Assembly (NCBI GenBank): GCA_002305475.1 | Contig: DBRB01000019.1 | Coordinates: 56,022-120,021, forward strand | From: a candidate division WWE3 bacterium UBA1379 | GTDB lineage: Bacteria; Patescibacteriota; WWE3; UBA101185; UBA10185 | Direction of reading: 5' to 3' | Length of the DNA stretch: 64,000 bases | In this document: piece after piece, positions 31,312 to 40,944 of the stretch | How the letters are laid out: each line of letters begins with the position of its first letter | Position numbering within the stretch: the first letter of the stretch is position 1 | Position numbers and translations under genes: made by a program | The notes under the pieces: generated by a model | What the model was told of the DNA's origin: nothing | Database searches by the model: none | The model's input: the letters and a program-made list of their open reading frames with translations, nothing else

Positions 31312-31731
31312 ATGCAAAAAACATACGCACCAAATCCGAATAAAATTGAAAAGAGCTGGCATTTTATTGACGCACAAGGTCAGGTATTGGGAAGGCTGGC
31401 AACCGATATTGCTTCCAAACTTATGGGTAAAAACAAAGCTATTTTTGCACCCAATGAAGATCTGGGAGATAAGGTTGTAGTCACTAATGCATCAAAAATT
31501 GCAGTAACCGGAAACAAAATGAAAAACAAAGTTTACTATCATCACACCGGATATCCCTCAGGTTTAAGATCCGAGACTATGGAAAAATTAATGGCAAGAA
31601 AACCGGAAGAAGTTTTAAGAAAAGCGGTGTTGGGCATGCTTCCAAAAAATAAATTAAGAAAAGTCAGAATGGCCAACTTATATATTTACAAAGATTCTGA
31701 GCACCCTCATCAGGCTCAGGAAAAGAAATAA
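31312..31731 (+). CDS. rplM: 50S ribosomal protein L13
   Basis: 139 aa. MQKTY…WHFIDA.GQVLGRLAT.IA..L.GK…GD.VVV.NA.KI..TG.K is a canonical L13. Confidence 0.95.
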   Translation: MQKTYAPNPNKIEKSWHFIDAQGQVLGRLATDIASKLMGKNKAIFAPNEDLGDKVVVTNASKIAVTGNKMKNKVYYHHTGYPSGLRSETMEKLMARKPEEVLRKAVLGMLPKNKLRKVRMANLYIYKDSEHPHQAQEKK

Positions 31732-31749
31732 TCATTTGGAAGAAATCTT

Positions 31750-32175
31750 ATGGCTAAAGAAACTGTAAATAAAAAGAAGAATAATTTAATCACCGGAACA
31801 GGTAGAAGAAAAACTGCGGTTGCCAGAGTATTTTTAAACACTGAAAAAGGCGACTTTACCATAAACGGAACGGATGTATCAAAGTATTTCCCTACAGAAA
31901 CTGAAAAAGTTGCCTGGATGAAACCGTTTCATACCGTAGGTGTATCACATCCTACCTCACAATTCAGCGGATCGGTCCTCGTTACGGGTTCCGGCAAGTC
32001 GGCACAGCTTCAGGCGGTAGTACATGGTATCTCCAGAGCACTGGCGGAAATAAGCGATGACTATGCAAAAGCACTAAGAAGAGCAGGTCTTTTAACTAGA
32101 GATCCAAGAATGGTAGAAAGAAAGAAATACTTTCTCAGAAAAGCAAGAAAATCTCCTCAGTATTCCAAGCGTTAA
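31750..32175 (+). CDS. rpsI: 30S ribosomal protein S9
   Basis: 141 aa. …TGRRKTAVARV…GG…QA.A..HGISRAL… and C-terminal …RDPRMVERKK.GLRKARK..QYSKR. Confidence 0.95.
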   Translation: MAKETVNKKKNNLITGTGRRKTAVARVFLNTEKGDFTINGTDVSKYFPTETEKVAWMKPFHTVGVSHPTSQFSGSVLVTGSGKSAQLQAVVHGISRALAEISDDYAKALRRAGLLTRDPRMVERKKYFLRKARKSPQYSKR

Positions 32176-32178
32176 TAT

Positions 32179-32511
32179 TCAGGAGACATATCTGTCGACT
32201 GTATTAAAAAAATCATTCAGTGCCTGCTGAAGTATTGCAATTTTATTTTTTACTTCAGTCTTTTTCCGGTGGTTTTCCACCAGTAGACTGACATCGTATA
32301 CTTCAGAAATCTTTTCCATTATTATTATAGAAGGAATAATTCGTCCTGTTTCATAGGCGGAGATGGTTTTACCGCTTAAACCGATTTTCTTTCCGAATTT
32401 ATTCTGTGACATATTCCTATTATTTCTTACTTCCCTGATTTTATTTCCGATTGTTTCTCCTGGTTTTATCTGCATAAAGTTGCTTTCTAACTTAAATAGA
32501 TAATAAGGCAT
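32179..32511 (-). CDS. XRE-family helix-turn-helix transcriptional regulator
   Basis: 110 aa. IGNKIREVRNNRNMSQNKFGKKIGLSGKTISAYETGRIIPS is a classic HTH_3 signature. Divergent from radC. Confidence 0.8.
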   Translation of the reverse strand: MPYYLFKLESNFMQIKPGETIGNKIREVRNNRNMSQNKFGKKIGLSGKTISAYETGRIIPSIIIMEKISEVYDVSLLVENHRKKTEVKNKIAILQQALNDFFNTVDRYVS

Positions 32512-32545
32512 TGTAATATATATTGCAATAACCTATATTAGATAC

Positions 32546-33244
32546 ATGGCCGGTCTACAAATTCGGGATATACACCCGGAAAGCAAACCAAGAGAAAGGC
32601 TTTTACACTCTGGACCGGCCAGTCTGTCCGATATTGAGCTTTTAGCAATCATCCTGGGATCAGGAGGAAAGAATGTTTCTGTTCTAGAGTTGGCTTCTAT
32701 CATCCTAAAAAAATTTGACGGTTTTAAAGGGTTAATTAATGCTGATATTCAAGAGTTGAAAAATTTTAAGAATGTCGATTTGGCTAAAGCATCAGCCATT
32801 AAAGCGTGCTGTGAAATCGGTCTTAGAATCAACAGAAATAAAGATGAGACAAAGAGATTGATACAGAAACCTGCGGATATACATGAAATACTCCTGCCGT
32901 ATCTTTATCAAAAAGCCCAGGAACATCTGTATCTTATTTCTCTGGATTCAAGAAACAGAGTAATATCAAAAGATTTAGTTACCGTAGGCACCGTAAATGA
33001 AACCCTTTTTCATCCCAGGGAAATTTTCAGGCTGGCACTGCAGAAAAATGCCTCCTCTATTGCTCTTGCACACAACCATCCCTCAGGCGATTCGACACCT
33101 AGTACGGAAGACATCAGAGTTACACACAGAACGGCAAAAGCGGGGGCTCAGCTGGGAATTGCTCTTTTGGATCATGTCATTATTACTGACCACAGTTTTA
33201 CTAGTATCAAGTCCATGAATCTGCTCAATCCAGACAATTGTTAA
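32546..33244 (+). CDS. radC: RadC-family JAB/MPN domain protein (UPF0758)
   Basis: 232 aa. N-terminal HhH-like LSDIELLAIILGSG. C-terminal JAMM motif HNHPSGDSTPSTED. Confidence 0.88.
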   Translation: MAGLQIRDIHPESKPRERLLHSGPASLSDIELLAIILGSGGKNVSVLELASIILKKFDGFKGLINADIQELKNFKNVDLAKASAIKACCEIGLRINRNKDETKRLIQKPADIHEILLPYLYQKAQEHLYLISLDSRNRVISKDLVTVGTVNETLFHPREIFRLALQKNASSIALAHNHPSGDSTPSTEDIRVTHRTAKAGAQLGIALLDHVIITDHSFTSIKSMNLLNPDNC

Positions 33245-33276
33245 ATTTCAAAAATAAAAGGAGGTGAAAACAATTT

Positions 33277-33864
33277 ATGAAAAAAATCATTGCAGGGTAT
33301 GTAATTCTGATTTGTCTGCTGATTGCATCCCTGAGCGTAACCTATGCGGCATTCAGCGATAAAGGTAAATATACCGGATCAACATTTAATGTGGCGACTA
33401 CGGATCTTAAACTTCTGAATGATATTACACTGGGTACGGACAGCGGGAATCTTGTTGACGAAAAACCGGGACCGACTTTTAACAATGTGACATCGGATTG
33501 GTGGGCGGACTATCCGATTAAGATTTATAACAATGCATCTACGGCTCTTGATCTAATCTCTTATGCCAACTATACAACAGCGAATGATCCGAGAAATCTC
33601 AGAGAATCAATTTACTGTGAAATTTTCGAATGGAATGACAATAATGCCAATGGTATTGCAGAAACCGAAGAAATCGGTAATTCAGTGGGATCCAACACCA
33701 TACTGAGGTGGAAAAATGACGGACAGCCGATCGGCATAATAAATATGGGGGAAGTTAAAGGATATATCTTAAGATTCTGGACAACCAGCACCTTTTCATC
33801 AACCAATCAAGGTGAAAGAGCAGTTTTTGATTTTGAGTTTCATGCAATCGGAAAATCCAGTTAA
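33277..33864 (+). CDS. Secreted protein with a SipW-cognate-class (TasA/camelysin-type) signal peptide
   Basis: 195 aa. N-terminus MKKIIAGYVILICLLIASLSVTYAAFSD…TFNVATTDLKL fits the AAFxD…F…GTLDL pattern of the TasA/CalY family. No other domain recognised. Confidence 0.5.
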   Translation: MKKIIAGYVILICLLIASLSVTYAAFSDKGKYTGSTFNVATTDLKLLNDITLGTDSGNLVDEKPGPTFNNVTSDWWADYPIKIYNNASTALDLISYANYTTANDPRNLRESIYCEIFEWNDNNANGIAETEEIGNSVGSNTILRWKNDGQPIGIINMGEVKGYILRFWTTSTFSSTNQGERAVFDFEFHAIGKSS

Positions 33865-33977
33865 TATTTATAACAATGAAAAGCATCCTGTCTGTTTGGG
33901 CGGCAGGCAGGGTGTTTTTCCCGCTTCCATAGTTTTTTTATTTAGCTTCCGTTATAAAAATCTGATATGCTTTAAAC

Positions 33978-36617
33978 ATGACAAGACTGCCCGAAAAAAT
34001 TCTTTTTTTCCTTAACTGGTGGGCTGTTCACGCTCCTAAAAGATTATATGCAATCGGTAAAAGAGCGGTAGTCTTAATCAACAACAACATTTCTTTTACT
34101 TTAAACCTCAGATTACTTTTTACCCCTATCTTCGGAGATTATACAAAGACTGGACGAATTATTGGATTTATCTTCAGATTAACTTCAGTATCTGCCAGTC
34201 TGATTTTCCTTCTTATATTATGGATAGTATCCCTTCTGCTTCCCATAATCTGGTGGATTCTGCCGTTTTTTGGAGCCTTTTACTTTAAACTCTGGATAAT
34301 ACCTCTGATAATTTTTGCGTTTTTGATCTTTTTCGTGGCAAAGGAAAACACACCAGCTAAAAAAGTGAAAGAAGTTTCAGAAAACAATCCCGAGAAAACC
34401 TTCAGGCCTACCGCATATCACTATCTTATGCGTCTAAGATCCGAAGCCGCATCGTGTATACCTGCACTTCTAAAAGAACCGCAGATCAAGTATCTGTTGG
34501 AAAAAGCGGAGCTGATGAATGAGGTAGTATGTAAGACAAACGGAAATTCGCAATTCTGTCAAATTACCAAGGATTTCCCCCAGGCATTAAGTAGTGTTAA
34601 ATCCATAAATACAGAAAACCTGGCTAAAACCGCATACAATTACGCAAAATCCAACCAAAGCAGATATATTGAATTGGAACATATCTTTTTGGCAGTACTG
34701 GACAATATCCCAGAAATTGAAAATATTCTATCAACAGTCAATTCTAAATTGGAATACGTTGAAAGAACATCCGAGTGGCTGGTATCGGAAAGAGAAGCGG
34801 CAGCAAAAAGATATTTCTGGCAGGAGGATTACCAGCTTCCGCTAATGGGGGGAATCGGAAAAACCATGACCGGAAGAGTAACTCCGATTCTGGATTCATA
34901 TTCCGAAGACTTTACCAAACAGGTAAAAAACGGACGTCTGAAAAAAATCATCGGCAGAGAGGAAGAAATAAAAAAAGTTGCTGAAATCCTCAGTAGTTCT
35001 GCAAGAAATGTGCTGCTTATCGGCGAACCGGGAAGCGGAAAAACCTCCATTGTCAGAGGTCTGTCTCATAAGATTGTAGGCGGAGTTCAGTACCCTGCCT
35101 TAAAATTTAAACGCCTGGTCAGTATGGATACCGGATCATTAATTGCGGGAACAAAGTCCGCCGGAGATATATCAGATCGTATAAATAGGATTTTTGATGA
35201 AGTAAAAAAATCGGGGGATATCATCGTTTTTATAGATGAAATACATTCACTGGTCACTGCATCTACCGATTCTGGATCAGAAGCTTCCAACATATTCTCT
35301 CTTCTGGAAAAACAACTGCAAAGCAATATCCAGTTTATCGGAGCTACAAACGTAGAAAATTACCGCAAATATATTGAACCAAACGGTGCATTCTCCAGAC
35401 TTTTTGAAAGAGTAGATATCCCCGAATCCCCCCCGCAGGATACACTGGAAATATTAAAATTTGTGACAAAACATACAGAAAATGAAAATCATATTTCCGT
35501 CACCTACCCCGCTCTGTTAAAAATCATAGAACTTTCGGAGAAACTGATTCATGAAAGAGTACTACCAGATAAAGCCATAGATATTCTAAACAGGACAGCT
35601 TCCGCGGTTACACACGCACATAAATATCTTACATCCGAGGATGTCGCCCGGGAAATATCACATGTCACTCATATCCCTGTAACAACTATTACCTTAAATG
35701 AATCGGAAAAACTTCTACGCATCGAAGATGAGTTAAGGGAGCATGTCATCGGGCAGGATGAAGCCATTATTCAGATCGGGGCGGCACTAAAACGAGCCAG
35801 GGCAGGAATTAGAAATGAGAAAAAACCTATTGCCAGCTTTCTTTTTGTGGGTACCACCGGAGTAGGAAAAACGGAAACGGCCAAAGCTTTAGCAAGAGTA
35901 TATTTTGACGATGAAAAAGCGATGATCAGACTGGATATGTCCGAATATCAGCAGGATGACAGTATTAACCGCCTAATCGGAACTCCTAACGGCCAAAGCA
36001 AAGGAATATTAACCGAAGCGGTAAGAACCAAACCATTTGCCTTAATTCTTCTGGATGAAATTGAAAAAGCCAACCCGAATATCCTTTTAACCTTCTTACA
36101 AGTTTTGGATGACGGGCGTTTGACGGATTCCTCAGGCAGGGTCATTGATTTCACTAACACTATCATTATTGCCACTAGTAATGTCGGTACTCGTGGTATC
36201 CAGGAAATATCCGCTAGGGGAGGTGCATTTGATGAAATGTCTGCTTCCGCGATGAAAGAAATCCAAAACCGGTTTGCTCCTGAATTTCTAAACCGTTTCA
36301 ATGGAATTATTGTCTACAAACCGCTGGATAAAGACTCTGTAACCCAGATTGCAAATCTGATGCTGAATAAGGTAAAAAAAATGGCGGTGGAAAAAAGAAT
36401 CAATGTCTCTTTTAAAATGGAACTGGTTACTGAACTGGTCAAACAGGGATACAATCCGGAATGGGGAGCTAGACCCCTGGCGAGAGTGATTGAAAATACG
36501 GTGGAAACTTATCTGGCTATGAAGCTTTTGGCAAATGAAATAAAAATGGGAGACACAATCGAGCTGGGTCTGGAAGCAATTAACGGTAAATCACCAAATC
36601 AAACCGGACAGATGTAA
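33978..36617 (+). CDS. Membrane-anchored two-ring Clp/Hsp100-family AAA+ ATPase (ClpC/ClpB-like)
   Basis: 879 aa. Residues ~1-130 hold 3-4 hydrophobic helices. Clp_N-like repeat (…LEHIFLAVLD…). D1 Walker A GEPGSGKTS. D2 Walker A GTTGVGKTETAKALA and Walker B/sensor LILLDEIEKANPNILLTFLQVLDDGRLTDSSGRVIDFTNTIIIATSN. Short middle linker. No obvious IGF/IGL ClpP-docking tripeptide. Confidence 0.8.
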   Translation: MTRLPEKILFFLNWWAVHAPKRLYAIGKRAVVLINNNISFTLNLRLLFTPIFGDYTKTGRIIGFIFRLTSVSASLIFLLILWIVSLLLPIIWWILPFFGAFYFKLWIIPLIIFAFLIFFVAKENTPAKKVKEVSENNPEKTFRPTAYHYLMRLRSEAASCIPALLKEPQIKYLLEKAELMNEVVCKTNGNSQFCQITKDFPQALSSVKSINTENLAKTAYNYAKSNQSRYIELEHIFLAVLDNIPEIENILSTVNSKLEYVERTSEWLVSEREAAAKRYFWQEDYQLPLMGGIGKTMTGRVTPILDSYSEDFTKQVKNGRLKKIIGREEEIKKVAEILSSSARNVLLIGEPGSGKTSIVRGLSHKIVGGVQYPALKFKRLVSMDTGSLIAGTKSAGDISDRINRIFDEVKKSGDIIVFIDEIHSLVTASTDSGSEASNIFSLLEKQLQSNIQFIGATNVENYRKYIEPNGAFSRLFERVDIPESPPQDTLEILKFVTKHTENENHISVTYPALLKIIELSEKLIHERVLPDKAIDILNRTASAVTHAHKYLTSEDVAREISHVTHIPVTTITLNESEKLLRIEDELREHVIGQDEAIIQIGAALKRARAGIRNEKKPIASFLFVGTTGVGKTETAKALARVYFDDEKAMIRLDMSEYQQDDSINRLIGTPNGQSKGILTEAVRTKPFALILLDEIEKANPNILLTFLQVLDDGRLTDSSGRVIDFTNTIIIATSNVGTRGIQEISARGGAFDEMSASAMKEIQNRFAPEFLNRFNGIIVYKPLDKDSVTQIANLMLNKVKKMAVEKRINVSFKMELVTELVKQGYNPEWGARPLARVIENTVETYLAMKLLANEIKMGDTIELGLEAINGKSPNQTGQM

Positions 36618-36703
36618 AGATATTCTCAAATCAAAACTCAGGTTTTCTGTAAGAAAACAGATAAAATCCATGTATAATACCCCCTAGTAGGAGTTGATTT
36701 TTA

Positions 36704-37711
36704 ATGCACGAAGAACAGAAACAAAGATTGGAAAAACTGAAAAATTCTCTTTTTATTGATGAAAAAAGGATTAAAATCCAGGAATTACAGGAAAGAATGA
36801 ATGATGAAAGCACCTGGAAAAACTGGGAAGAAGGTCAAAAAGTAGCACAGGATCTGGCAGGTCTGCAAAAAGACGTGGAAGACTATGAAATGCTGGAACT
36901 GTTGGCGGAAGAAGGTAACCCCGAGGAATTCGATAAAGAATTAAAAAAAGTAGAGCAGAAAACTTTCCTGTCGGGAAAACATGACAAAGGAAACGCCTTG
37001 TTGTCCATTCATGCCGGTCAGGGAGGAACAGAAGCGATGGACTGGACTGCGATGCTATTGAGAATGTATCTGATGTATGCGGAAAAGAAAGGCTGGAAAA
37101 CCACAGAAATAAACAGCCAAGCCGGTGAAGAAGCAGGTCTGAAAACCGTAACGATAGAAGTTGAGGGTCCTTATGCGTACGGATTTTTGAAAAATGAATC
37201 GGGAGTTCACAGACTGGTCAGACAATCCCCTTTTAATGCCAATGATTTAAGACAGACTTCTTTTGCGTTGGTGGAAGTAATCCCGGTAGTGGATGAGTCC
37301 ATTGATATTGAGATCAAAGATGAGGATATTGAATTTGAAGCATTCAGAGCGGGAGGACACGGGGGTCAGAATGTTAATAAGGTTTCCACTGCAGTAAGAA
37401 TTAGACATAAACCAACCGGGATCGTGGTGGAAAATCAGACAGAGCGATACCAGCTGAAAAATCGTGAAAAAGCTATGCAGGTTCTGAAATCAAAACTATA
37501 TGCTTTGGAACTGCAGAAAATGGAAGAGGAAAAAAGAAAGCTGAAGGGTGACTACAAAGCACCGGGTTGGGGTAATCAGATCAGAAATTACGTTTTACAC
37601 CCTTATAAACTGGTCAAAGATCTAAGAACAGATCTGGAAAGTGTTCATCCGGAAGAAATATTAAACGGTAATCTGGATGAATTTGTGGATGCTGAAATAA
37701 GACTGCGGTAA
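36704..37711 (+). CDS. prfB: Peptide chain release factor 2 (no programmed frameshift)
   Basis: 335 aa. SPF tripeptide (…RQSPFNAN…) and GGQ motif (…[10 protein letters not shown]…). The ATG has an AGGAG RBS upstream. No CTT TGA C frameshift site found upstream. Confidence 0.88.
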   Translation: MHEEQKQRLEKLKNSLFIDEKRIKIQELQERMNDESTWKNWEEGQKVAQDLAGLQKDVEDYEMLELLAEEGNPEEFDKELKKVEQKTFLSGKHDKGNALLSIHAGQGGTEAMDWTAMLLRMYLMYAEKKGWKTTEINSQAGEEAGLKTVTIEVEGPYAYGFLKNESGVHRLVRQSPFNANDLRQTSFALVEVIPVVDESIDIEIKDEDIEFEAFRAGGHGGQNVNKVSTAVRIRHKPTGIVVENQTERYQLKNREKAMQVLKSKLYALELQKMEEEKRKLKGDYKAPGWGNQIRNYVLHPYKLVKDLRTDLESVHPEEILNGNLDEFVDAEIRLR

Positions 37712-37714
37712 ATA

Positions 37715-37876
37715 CTATCCTATCAGGCCAACAATGTCCTCTAAACCGATATTTAGTAGATGCATTGCCACAAGGACTGCAGTGGAAAATACCGCATAAG
37801 CAAAGATTTTTACAAGATCAATCTTGATTTGTTTAATGGGAAGTCTGTATTTATCTTCTTTTACTGCTTTAGACAT
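37715..37876 (-). CDS. Small single-TM protein (53 aa, hand-translated; absent from the ORF track)
   Basis: ATG at 37874-37876 (minus), TAG stop at 37715-37717. MSKAVKEDKYRLPIKQIKIDLVKIFAYAVFSTAVLVAMHLLNIGLEDIVGLIG. Basic N-terminus plus one C-terminal hydrophobic helix. Lies 45 bp downstream of the RodZ-like gene on the same strand. Confidence 0.3.
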   Translation of the reverse strand: MSKAVKEDKYRLPIKQIKIDLVKIFAYAVFSTAVLVAMHLLNIGLEDIVGLIG

Positions 37877-37921
37877 ATTTTCTATATTAACATAAACTAA
37901 CTAGCAGTTATCAGCAGAAAA

Positions 37922-38668
37922 TCAGTTTTCCTCAGTAGAAACTGATTCGGATGACTGAGTGCTTTCACCTATCACGACTGCTTTTGATAATTCCTGAAGC
38001 AGACGGAGTTCTTGGGCAGTTTTATCCGGTCTATAAATTACGGTTCTGATATCTTCCGTTTTCTTATTTAATTTATTTACCGCAAGAAAATTCAGATTGT
38101 TAATTCCTTCTTTCAATTTCACGGACACGGCAAAACTTCCGTTCGGGTTTAATGTAACTTTTTGGTTGTTAATAAATACCTCGGTATCCAGATCCGCCTG
38201 ACCGGTAATATCCAACATATCATTGTCCATCACCTGATTATTTACCGGATTAGATATTTCCAAGCGTGGGTTGCCGGTATAGGTACGATACTGGTAAAAA
38301 AGATATCCGAAAAAAACGATAATTAACAAGGATACTGATACGGCAAGCACTAATGTGGGAGTTAATACCATTTTTGCCGATTCCAGAGGTTTTAACTTAA
38401 CCATCTTTTTATCGGCATCCCTTTCAAACGACGGTTCATATTCCCTTCTCCAAAGTGCAGTCACTTCAGAAACAGGTAGCTCCAGAAAATCAGAATATAT
38501 TTTCAAAAAACCTTTAGCGTGAACCTTGCCTTCAAATATCGAATAATCATCGTCTTCCAACGCTTTCAGATACTTAGGATGGATTTTAATAAATTTGTGT
38601 ACATCCTGAAGTGACAGCTTTTTCTTTTCCCTTTCAGCACGCAGAGCGCTTCCTACAGATTTGGTCAT
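37922..38668 (-). CDS. RodZ-like cytoskeleton protein (HTH + single TM + extracytoplasmic domain)
   Basis: 248 aa. N-terminal XRE-like HTH (LSLQDVHKFIKIHPKYLKALEDDDYS). TM LTPTLVLAVSVSLLIIVFFGYLFY. C-terminal beta-rich domain. Confidence 0.55.
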   Translation of the reverse strand: MTKSVGSALRAEREKKKLSLQDVHKFIKIHPKYLKALEDDDYSIFEGKVHAKGFLKIYSDFLELPVSEVTALWRREYEPSFERDADKKMVKLKPLESAKMVLTPTLVLAVSVSLLIIVFFGYLFYQYRTYTGNPRLEISNPVNNQVMDNDMLDITGQADLDTEVFINNQKVTLNPNGSFAVSVKLKEGINNLNFLAVNKLNKKTEDIRTVIYRPDKTAQELRLLQELSKAVVIGESTQSSESVSTEEN

Positions 38669-38694
38669 ATATGATATTATCTAGATTTTATCGT

Positions 38695-40914
38695 TTAAAA
38701 ATCATCAAATGAAGGTGAATCCTCAGGATCCTCCAAAGAGGGCAGATCGTTGTTTTTAATCAAAACTTCTCTTGGTTTTGCACCGTTTGCTGGACTAATG
38801 ATACCCTTTTCTTCCAGTTCATCCAATATTCTGGCTGCTCTGGCATACCCAATGGATAAACGACGTTGTAAAAGAGAGGCGGAAGCTTTACCGCTGGAAG
38901 TGACGATCTCCACTGCTTCATTAAACAGCTCATCAACATTATCTCCTCCTGCGGCAATACTTTTTTCGCTTCTCTCCGCCTTATCAGTCATTTCAAATAT
39001 CTTCGACTCATATTCCGGAGGAACTCCCTGACTCTTAAGATAATTCACCAAATTGACAATTTCCTTATCGGTTACAAAAGCACCCTGCAATCGGGTTGGT
39101 TTAGGAGCATCAGGAGGAACATACAGCATATCCCCCTTACCTAAGAGCTTTTCCGCTCCGGGCTGATCTATGATAACCCTTGAGTCTATCTGGCTTGCCA
39201 CATTAAAGGCAACACGGCTAGGAATATTTGCTTTAATAAGTCCCGTAATAATATTAGTTGAAGGTCTTTGTACTGCCAGTACCAGATGAATACCTGTTGC
39301 CCGTGCCAACTGAGCGATACGAATAATGCTCTTTTCCACCGCTGCCGGGTCAACAATCATAATTTCCGCAAGTTCATCTACTACCACCACGATGTAAGGC
39401 AGAACCTGAAAACCTGACTTTTCATTGTATGATTCAATATTTCTGGCTTTAGCCGTCTCAAATAACTTATATCTGCGTTCCATTTCTACCACTGCCCACT
39501 TAAACGCCGAAGGAGCCTTATCAACATCTGTAATAACCGGAGTCAGTAAGTGAGGAATATCATTGTAATGAATGAGCTCGGTTCGCTTGGGATCCATGAA
39601 GATAAATTTCACTTCCTGAGGACTTGCCCTAAAAAGTATGGAGAATATTATGTTATGCAAAAATACTGATTTACCGGATCCCGTTGCTCCTGCCACTAAA
39701 AGGTGAGGCATTTTGGCTATATCATAAACATAAGTCTGCCCTCCCACATCCTTACCCAGTACAATTCCTAATTTTGACTTCTGAGCTTTCATAGGCTCTG
39801 AGGTCAACAAAGGCTTAAAATATACCGGTGCTCTTGTCGTATTAGGAACCTCAATACCGATCAAAGCTTTGCCCGGAATAGGTGCTTCAATACGCACGGA
39901 ACCGGTAGGGGATGCTAATGCCAGAGCAAGGTCATACTGCAACGCCGCAATTTTTGAGATCTTTGTACCTGTTGCCGCATCCAAAGAGTACTGAGTAACT
40001 GAAGGACCGTGTTTGACATCAGCTACTTCCACGTCAATACCGAATGATTTGAGTGTCTGTGTGATTATTTTTGAACGTTCGTTGGTGTTGCCCCGATCAA
40101 TTACTACTTCTGGTGGATCGGTCAAAAGATCCAAAGGAGGAAGCTCCCACACCCTATCGCTGTAAGGTAGATTGGGTATCAGGGATACTACCTGTGTAGG
40201 ATCAGTCTTACCCATGGGTATTGAGGTAGGAGCAGCAGCCTGCTGTGGTTCTGATAGTGAAGGTATGATTTCGATTTTCGGTTCTTTCTGCCCGACACCG
40301 TGATGCTCTATTTTATGTGATGTGCTGCTGTCCTGGTCATCCGATTCATCCGAAAACATGGCTGCACCGCTGGTGATGGTAATATCCGGATGCACTTCCT
40401 GTTTGGCATCCTTCCCTTTTCCTGTCAATCCCTTGATTTCCCCTACCGCATTTACAAAAAATGCGGTTATCTGATCAAGATTAAAATCAGAAACCAAAAT
40501 AAAAGATATTACCAGACCAGCAAGCAGGATTAAATATGCCCCATACATACTCACAGAAGACTCGAGGAATTCCCATAAACCATCACCGAAACTACCGCCT
40601 TTTGAAATACCCGATAAAAACACTAAAAAACCGATTAAACCTGACAGAACACGGGGATTCTTGTACTTCATCTTTAGTGTGCTGATTAATAAAAAACCAA
40701 CCAGAAGAGATATAACGGGAATAAAAATGGAAGCAAATCCAAAAGCACCGGTTAAAGTTTCATTTATTTCTGCATTAATAGAGTAATTTTTAGCAAAAAA
40801 AGAAATCAGAGACAATCCTGAAAACAGAATAAAAAAAACAGCACCGAAAGATTTTATTGTCTCGGTTTTAACGACATTTTTTAATTTAAATTTCTTTTTC
40901 CTTCCGCGAGGCAT
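38695..40914 (-). CDS. ftsK: DNA translocase FtsK/SpoIIIE
   Basis: 739 aa. N-terminal TM helices. Walker A LVAGATGSGKS. Walker B VVVVDELAEIM. C-terminal gamma winged-helix (…SASLLQRRLSIGYARAARILDELEEKGII…). Confidence 0.93.
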   Translation of the reverse strand: MPRGRKKKFKLKNVVKTETIKSFGAVFFILFSGLSLISFFAKNYSINAEINETLTGAFGFASIFIPVISLLVGFLLISTLKMKYKNPRVLSGLIGFLVFLSGISKGGSFGDGLWEFLESSVSMYGAYLILLAGLVISFILVSDFNLDQITAFFVNAVGEIKGLTGKGKDAKQEVHPDITITSGAAMFSDESDDQDSSTSHKIEHHGVGQKEPKIEIIPSLSEPQQAAAPTSIPMGKTDPTQVVSLIPNLPYSDRVWELPPLDLLTDPPEVVIDRGNTNERSKIITQTLKSFGIDVEVADVKHGPSVTQYSLDAATGTKISKIAALQYDLALALASPTGSVRIEAPIPGKALIGIEVPNTTRAPVYFKPLLTSEPMKAQKSKLGIVLGKDVGGQTYVYDIAKMPHLLVAGATGSGKSVFLHNIIFSILFRASPQEVKFIFMDPKRTELIHYNDIPHLLTPVITDVDKAPSAFKWAVVEMERRYKLFETAKARNIESYNEKSGFQVLPYIVVVVDELAEIMIVDPAAVEKSIIRIAQLARATGIHLVLAVQRPSTNIITGLIKANIPSRVAFNVASQIDSRVIIDQPGAEKLLGKGDMLYVPPDAPKPTRLQGAFVTDKEIVNLVNYLKSQGVPPEYESKIFEMTDKAERSEKSIAAGGDNVDELFNEAVEIVTSSGKASASLLQRRLSIGYARAARILDELEEKGIISPANGAKPREVLIKNNDLPSLEDPEDSPSFDDF

Positions 40915-40944
40915 TGAGGGTATATTATCAAAGTAATAGTGTAA

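Noticed and set aside
36631-36710. Programmed +1 frameshift site for prfB
   Set aside because: Searched for CTT TGA C preceded by an SD-like element upstream of the RF2 body. None present. The gene has its own ATG/RBS.
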